A stretch of DNA of 40,443 nucleotides from a virus (taxonomy: Duplodnaviria; Heunggongvirae; Uroviricota; Caudoviricetes): IMG/VR virus record IMGVR_UViG_2778261635_000003. One strand, given 5' to 3'. Every line of letters starts with the position of its first letter. The stretch's first letter is position 1. Positions 36,555 to 40,443 of this stretch are shown piece by piece. The notes beneath the pieces are model-generated. The model saw only the letters and a program-made list of their open reading frames with translations. It ran no database searches and was not told the origin of the DNA. The position numbers and the translations under genes are program-made.

Positions 36555-37307
36555 ATGCCCGTTTCTTTAAGCGCTCAACTTGGTAGCAAAGAACAGGCCG
36601 ATGTAAGACTTGCTGGCTCTGTCATGTCGGCGCTGCGTGTTTCTATGCCCGGCATCGTCCAGTCATTTGATCCGGACACGGTAACAGTGGTTGTTCAACC
36701 TGCGATTAAAGGCTATGAGCCGGACTCAAATGGAATCAACCAGTCGACGACATTACCCCTGCTGGTGGATGTGCCAGTGGTATTTCCGCGCGGCGGAGGC
36801 TGTACGTTGACTTTTCCGGTAAAAGCCGGTGATGAATGTTTGGTGATTTTTGCCGATCGTTGTATTGATTTCTGGTGGCAGAGCGGCGGGATACAGGAGC
36901 CTGTCGATGACAGAATGCATGATTTATCGGATTCGTTTTGTATTGTCGGTCCCCAGTCGCAGGCAAGGAAGATTAGCGGTATTAATACCAGTGCCACACA
37001 GTTGCGTAGTGACGACGGCAGCACCTATTTTGAGCTTAATCCTGATACCAGGAAAATTAAAATTGTCGCTCCCGGGGGGCTTGATGTGGTCGCCCCTCTG
37101 GCTGATTTTTCTGAGAAAGTAACCATTCATGGCCTGTTAACCTGGATGGGGGGCATGGTGGGGTCTGTTGTTTCTGGCGTGGCTTCAAAAATCACTGGTG
37201 CTGTTGAGTTCTTGGGGAGCGTTAAGGCTAACGGCAAGCCAATCGATGATACGCACACTCATGGCGGTGTTCAGCGCGGTGGAAGCAATACCGATGGGGT
37301 AAACTGA
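36555..37307 (+). CDS. Baseplate spike/assembly protein (gpV/Mu gp45-like)
   Basis: 250 aa, RBS GGAGA; Gly-rich C-terminal region; position in the baseplate module. Confidence 0.55.
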   Translation: MPVSLSAQLGSKEQADVRLAGSVMSALRVSMPGIVQSFDPDTVTVVVQPAIKGYEPDSNGINQSTTLPLLVDVPVVFPRGGGCTLTFPVKAGDECLVIFADRCIDFWWQSGGIQEPVDDRMHDLSDSFCIVGPQSQARKISGINTSATQLRSDDGSTYFELNPDTRKIKIVAPGGLDVVAPLADFSEKVTIHGLLTWMGGMVGSVVSGVASKITGAVEFLGSVKANGKPIDDTHTHGGVQRGGSNTDGVN

Positions 37308-37660
37308 TGCGATACAGACGTGAAGACGCCGATGGCGATTACACCTTTGGCAGCGGTGATGACACCTGGCTGATTAACTCACCGGAGGCCGTGGCGCAGG
37401 CGGTAAAAACGCGATTCGAATTGTGGTATGGGCAATGGTTTCTCGACACCACCGAGGGGACTCCGTGGATCCAGTCCGTACTCGGTAAGCAGAAGCCGGA
37501 AACCTACAACCTGGCGATCCGTAAGCGCATCCTCGAAACGCGGGGCGTTAAATCAATCCTCTCTTTCAATACGACGGTGGATACCACGACCCGACGTGTC
37601 ATGTTTTCCGCTGAAATCGACACTCTCTATGGAATAACGACTGTTACATCGGAGGCGTAA
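37307..37660 (+). CDS. Baseplate protein (Mu gp46-like)
   Basis: 117 aa; start overlaps the upstream stop (TGATG). Confidence 0.5.
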   Translation: MRYRREDADGDYTFGSGDDTWLINSPEAVAQAVKTRFELWYGQWFLDTTEGTPWIQSVLGKQKPETYNLAIRKRILETRGVKSILSFNTTVDTTTRRVMFSAEIDTLYGITTVTSEA

Positions 37661-38859
37661 TGGCTCTGAACCTTGATTCTCTCGGTTTATCTGCAAAGGT
37701 AACCGCGGAGGGGATCAGTGCGCCTGATTATCAGACGATACTCAGCACCCTGATTAGCTATTTTCAGCAGATTTATGGTAGTGATGCCTACCTCGAACCG
37801 GACAGTAAAGACGGTCAGATGGTGGCTCTGATGGCGCTGGCGATTCATGATGCCAATAATATGGCGATAACTGTCTACAACTGTTTTTCACCAGCAACCG
37901 GCTATGGGGCCGCACTGACCAGTAACGTGAAAATAAATGGTATTTCACGTAAAGGCGCGACGAATTCTACGGTTGATTTGCTTCTTACAGGAACTGCCGG
38001 AACAACCATCATTAATGGCAGCGTGAAAGACAGTAATAATGTGATATGGCGTTTGCCTGCTTCAGTGGTGGTCGGCGTGGATGGTACAGTGATGGTGACC
38101 GCAACATGTTCCGTCAGTGGTGCAGTGGCGGCGCTGGCTGGAACTATCACTGAAATTAATACGCCAACCCGTGGCTGGGTTTCGGTAACCAATCCTGCTG
38201 TAGCTACTGTAGGCACTCCAGCAGAAACTGATGCGGAGTTACGTATCCGCCAGTCGCAAAGTGTTGCGTTGCCATCAATAACCCCATTTGAAGCACTGGA
38301 TGGTGCTGTTTCTAATGTTACCGGTGTAACCCGCCACAAACTCTATGAAAACGATACTGGTTCGGAGGACGGTAACGGGTTACCGCCACACTCTGTTGCT
38401 GTAATTGTGGATGGCGGTGATGTGACGGATATTGCTCAGGCTATCAGAGGGAATAAAGGCCAGGGGACAGCCACTCACGGTACAACATCCGTTATGGTTC
38501 CGGATAAATACGGCAATCCCCATGTAATCAAGTTCTCGCGTTCCAGTGATGTACCTGTTTATGCCCGGATCAAATTAAAAGTTTTTACGGGTTATACCTC
38601 ACAGATAGGGCAGCAGATCCAGCAGGCTATTTCCGACTATATCAATAGTCTGACGATTGGTGATTCGGTCCTTTTAAGTCGCATTTACTCACCGGCGAAT
38701 CTTGGCGTGGTGAGTGGCGGGAATGCACGCTATTACGATATTCAGGAACTGACGATTGGGAAATCCCCGGGGGCTTTGTCGTCATCAAACATTGATATCA
38801 GATACAACGAATCTGCGTCCTGTACCCCGGAAAATATCGTTATAACGGTGGAGTCATGA
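37660..38859 (+). CDS. Baseplate J-like protein (Mu gp47-like)
   Basis: 399 aa, RBS GGAGG; start overlaps the upstream stop; size and position. Confidence 0.6.
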   Translation: MALNLDSLGLSAKVTAEGISAPDYQTILSTLISYFQQIYGSDAYLEPDSKDGQMVALMALAIHDANNMAITVYNCFSPATGYGAALTSNVKINGISRKGATNSTVDLLLTGTAGTTIINGSVKDSNNVIWRLPASVVVGVDGTVMVTATCSVSGAVAALAGTITEINTPTRGWVSVTNPAVATVGTPAETDAELRIRQSQSVALPSITPFEALDGAVSNVTGVTRHKLYENDTGSEDGNGLPPHSVAVIVDGGDVTDIAQAIRGNKGQGTATHGTTSVMVPDKYGNPHVIKFSRSSDVPVYARIKLKVFTGYTSQIGQQIQQAISDYINSLTIGDSVLLSRIYSPANLGVVSGGNARYYDIQELTIGKSPGALSSSNIDIRYNESASCTPENIVITVES

Positions 38860-39536
38860 GCAAATACACCGAACTAATCACGAACTACCACGCCACCAAA
38901 CCTAAATTTCTTGCGCATGTTGATCTGATGACCCGGCCACTTATTGATGTTGCGGCTGCCACCAGAGGGCTGATTACTGCATTTGATATTGACTCTGCGG
39001 TTGGTGTGCAACTTGACATTCTGGGATTGTGGATCGGACGTAGCCGTGTTGTCAGCCAGCCTATCTCAGGTGTCTATTTCAGCTGGGATACCGACGGGCT
39101 TGGATATGATCAGGGGGTATGGCAGGGGCCATATGATCCTGATTATGGATACATGTATCTCAGCGATGAAACTTATCGTGTCATTCTTAAAGCGAAGATT
39201 GCGATTAATAACTGGGACGGACGGAATGATTCGCTTCCGGCAATTCTTGACGCGGCAACAGCAGGATCCGGGCTGCGAATGCAGATTGTCGATAACCAGG
39301 ACATGACGATATCGGTCTGGGTCTTTCCTGATACTGATATTTCAGATGTATCGCGTGAGTTAATTGCTGCAATTAAACAGGGATATCTCACAGTAAAAGC
39401 CGCCGGTGTGTGGGCAGGTGGCATTGAAACACCTTCGGTGGAAACCCCATCGGAAGGTTCAAAATTTTTTGGTTTTGATATGGATAACGAATTCATCAGT
39501 GGTTTTGATGTAGGGGCATGGGGAGTATTACTCTGA
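38856..39536 (+). CDS. Tail protein (Mu gp48-like)
   Basis: 226 aa; start overlaps the upstream stop (ATGA); precedes the tail fibre. Confidence 0.5.
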   Translation: MSKYTELITNYHATKPKFLAHVDLMTRPLIDVAAATRGLITAFDIDSAVGVQLDILGLWIGRSRVVSQPISGVYFSWDTDGLGYDQGVWQGPYDPDYGYMYLSDETYRVILKAKIAINNWDGRNDSLPAILDAATAGSGLRMQIVDNQDMTISVWVFPDTDISDVSRELIAAIKQGYLTVKAAGVWAGGIETPSVETPSEGSKFFGFDMDNEFISGFDVGAWGVLL

Positions 39537-40333
39537 TGGCAAAAAATGACTTTAAAGCATTCGCAACGGGTAAAAATGCCAATGTTATGTCGCAGGAGGA
39601 ATGGGAAGCGTTGCCTGCGCTTTTATCCGGATTTACAGCAGGGAAAGCATCCAGTGCGCAAGTCAATAAGGTTATTCGGCAGGCCAGCTTTATTGCTGCA
39701 GCTCTGGCCCAGTTTGTAAGTGACAAAACGCAACGGGATGTGCTTGATAATGGTGATCTGCCCGGTTTTGTTGAATTGCTGGGATCGGGGTTTGCTGTTG
39801 AATACCTGAGCCGCAAAAATCCGTTTGGCGATATCAAATCGGACGGCACAGTGAAAACGGCTCTCGAAAACCTTGGTTTGGGAGAAGGCTCTGCGTTGCC
39901 TGTTGGCGTACCAGTTCCTTGGCCTTCAGCTACGCCGCCGACAGGCTGGCTGAAATGCAACGGAGCAGCTTTTTCTGCTGAAGAATACCCGGAACTGGCA
40001 AAGGCTTATCCGACAAATAAATTGCCTGATTTACGTGGTGAGTTCATTCGTGGCTGGGATGACGGAAGAGGAATAGATACTAACCGTAGCTTGCTTTCGT
40101 CACAGGGCGATGCCATTCGAAATATAATTGGTGCATTAGTGGATGTCAGGTTTAATACCTACCCTTCTGATTCTGGCGTTTTTACAACCAGCGTCATCGG
40201 AGATGCTTCATCTGATTCAATTAAAGGTGGTTATGCAAAGCGAGTAACATTCGATGCTTCCAGAGTTGTTCCAACTGCAAACGAAAACCGACCTCGTAAC
40301 ATTGCCTTTAATTATATCGTGAGGGCTGCCTGA
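39536..40333 (+). CDS. Tail fibre protein with tail-collar domain
   Basis: 265 aa; start overlaps the upstream stop (TGATG); motif [28 protein letters not shown] is typical of the phage tail-collar domain. Confidence 0.65.
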   Translation: MAKNDFKAFATGKNANVMSQEEWEALPALLSGFTAGKASSAQVNKVIRQASFIAAALAQFVSDKTQRDVLDNGDLPGFVELLGSGFAVEYLSRKNPFGDIKSDGTVKTALENLGLGEGSALPVGVPVPWPSATPPTGWLKCNGAAFSAEEYPELAKAYPTNKLPDLRGEFIRGWDDGRGIDTNRSLLSSQGDAIRNIIGALVDVRFNTYPSDSGVFTTSVIGDASSDSIKGGYAKRVTFDASRVVPTANENRPRNIAFNYIVRAA

Positions 40334-40443
40334 TGAATAAAGTTGTCTTAAATAACGAACTCATTGCCATAAAAGCGGGAGACATAACCTAGACTGGCCC
40401 CCTGAATCTCCAGACAACCAATATCACTTAAATAAGTGATAGT

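Larger units (their letters stand above)
604..40443. mobile_element. Lambdoid prophage (Rac-like early region, lambda-like lysis, Mu/SfV-like contractile tail), left end and most of the body; right end outside window
   Basis: Integrase/excisionase next to host junction, followed by a complete ordered set of early, immunity, replication, Q, lysis, packaging, head and tail genes. Confidence 0.9.

Noticed and set aside
1-40443. CRISPR arrays, tRNA or rRNA genes, IS elements
   Set aside because: I found no regularly spaced direct repeats, no cloverleaf-compatible segments and no transposase-like ORFs with terminal inverted repeats by eye; the only RNA gene I support is the sdsR-like sRNA.

Overview
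This window is the left ~40 kb of a mosaic lambdoid prophage inserted just downstream of the host yebY gene and the sdsR/ryeA small-RNA locus; the prophage runs past the right edge of the window. Left to right: host yebY (+), an sdsR-like sRNA with its terminator, a putative attL region, then lambda-like integrase and excisionase (-). A Rac-type leftward early operon follows (rcbA-like, ralR/lar, a RecT/Red-beta-family annealase, RecE exonuclease VIII, racC-like, ydaE-like, kilR, ydaF/ydaG-like). Next come the immunity region (CI/RacR-like repressor flanked by two operator clusters, Cro-like YdaS, YdaT), replication genes (O-like protein, DnaC-like loader), and a nin-like region with an orphan methyltransferase, a hok-family toxin, DUF1367/DUF1364-like proteins and a Q-like antiterminator with late promoter and terminator. 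The late region has a lambda-type lysis cassette (holin, R endolysin, Rz/Rz1), terminase, portal, head genes and a Mu/SfV-like contractile tail module ending in a tail-collar fibre. The best candidates for an undescribed system are three low-GC accessory insertions: a 96-aa ORF in the sieB slot, a 3-TM membrane protein with a convergent small ORF between Q and the lysis genes, and a secreted-protein plus small-membrane-protein cassette inside the baseplate cluster. All protein identifications are from reading the translations against remembered family features; no database search was run.
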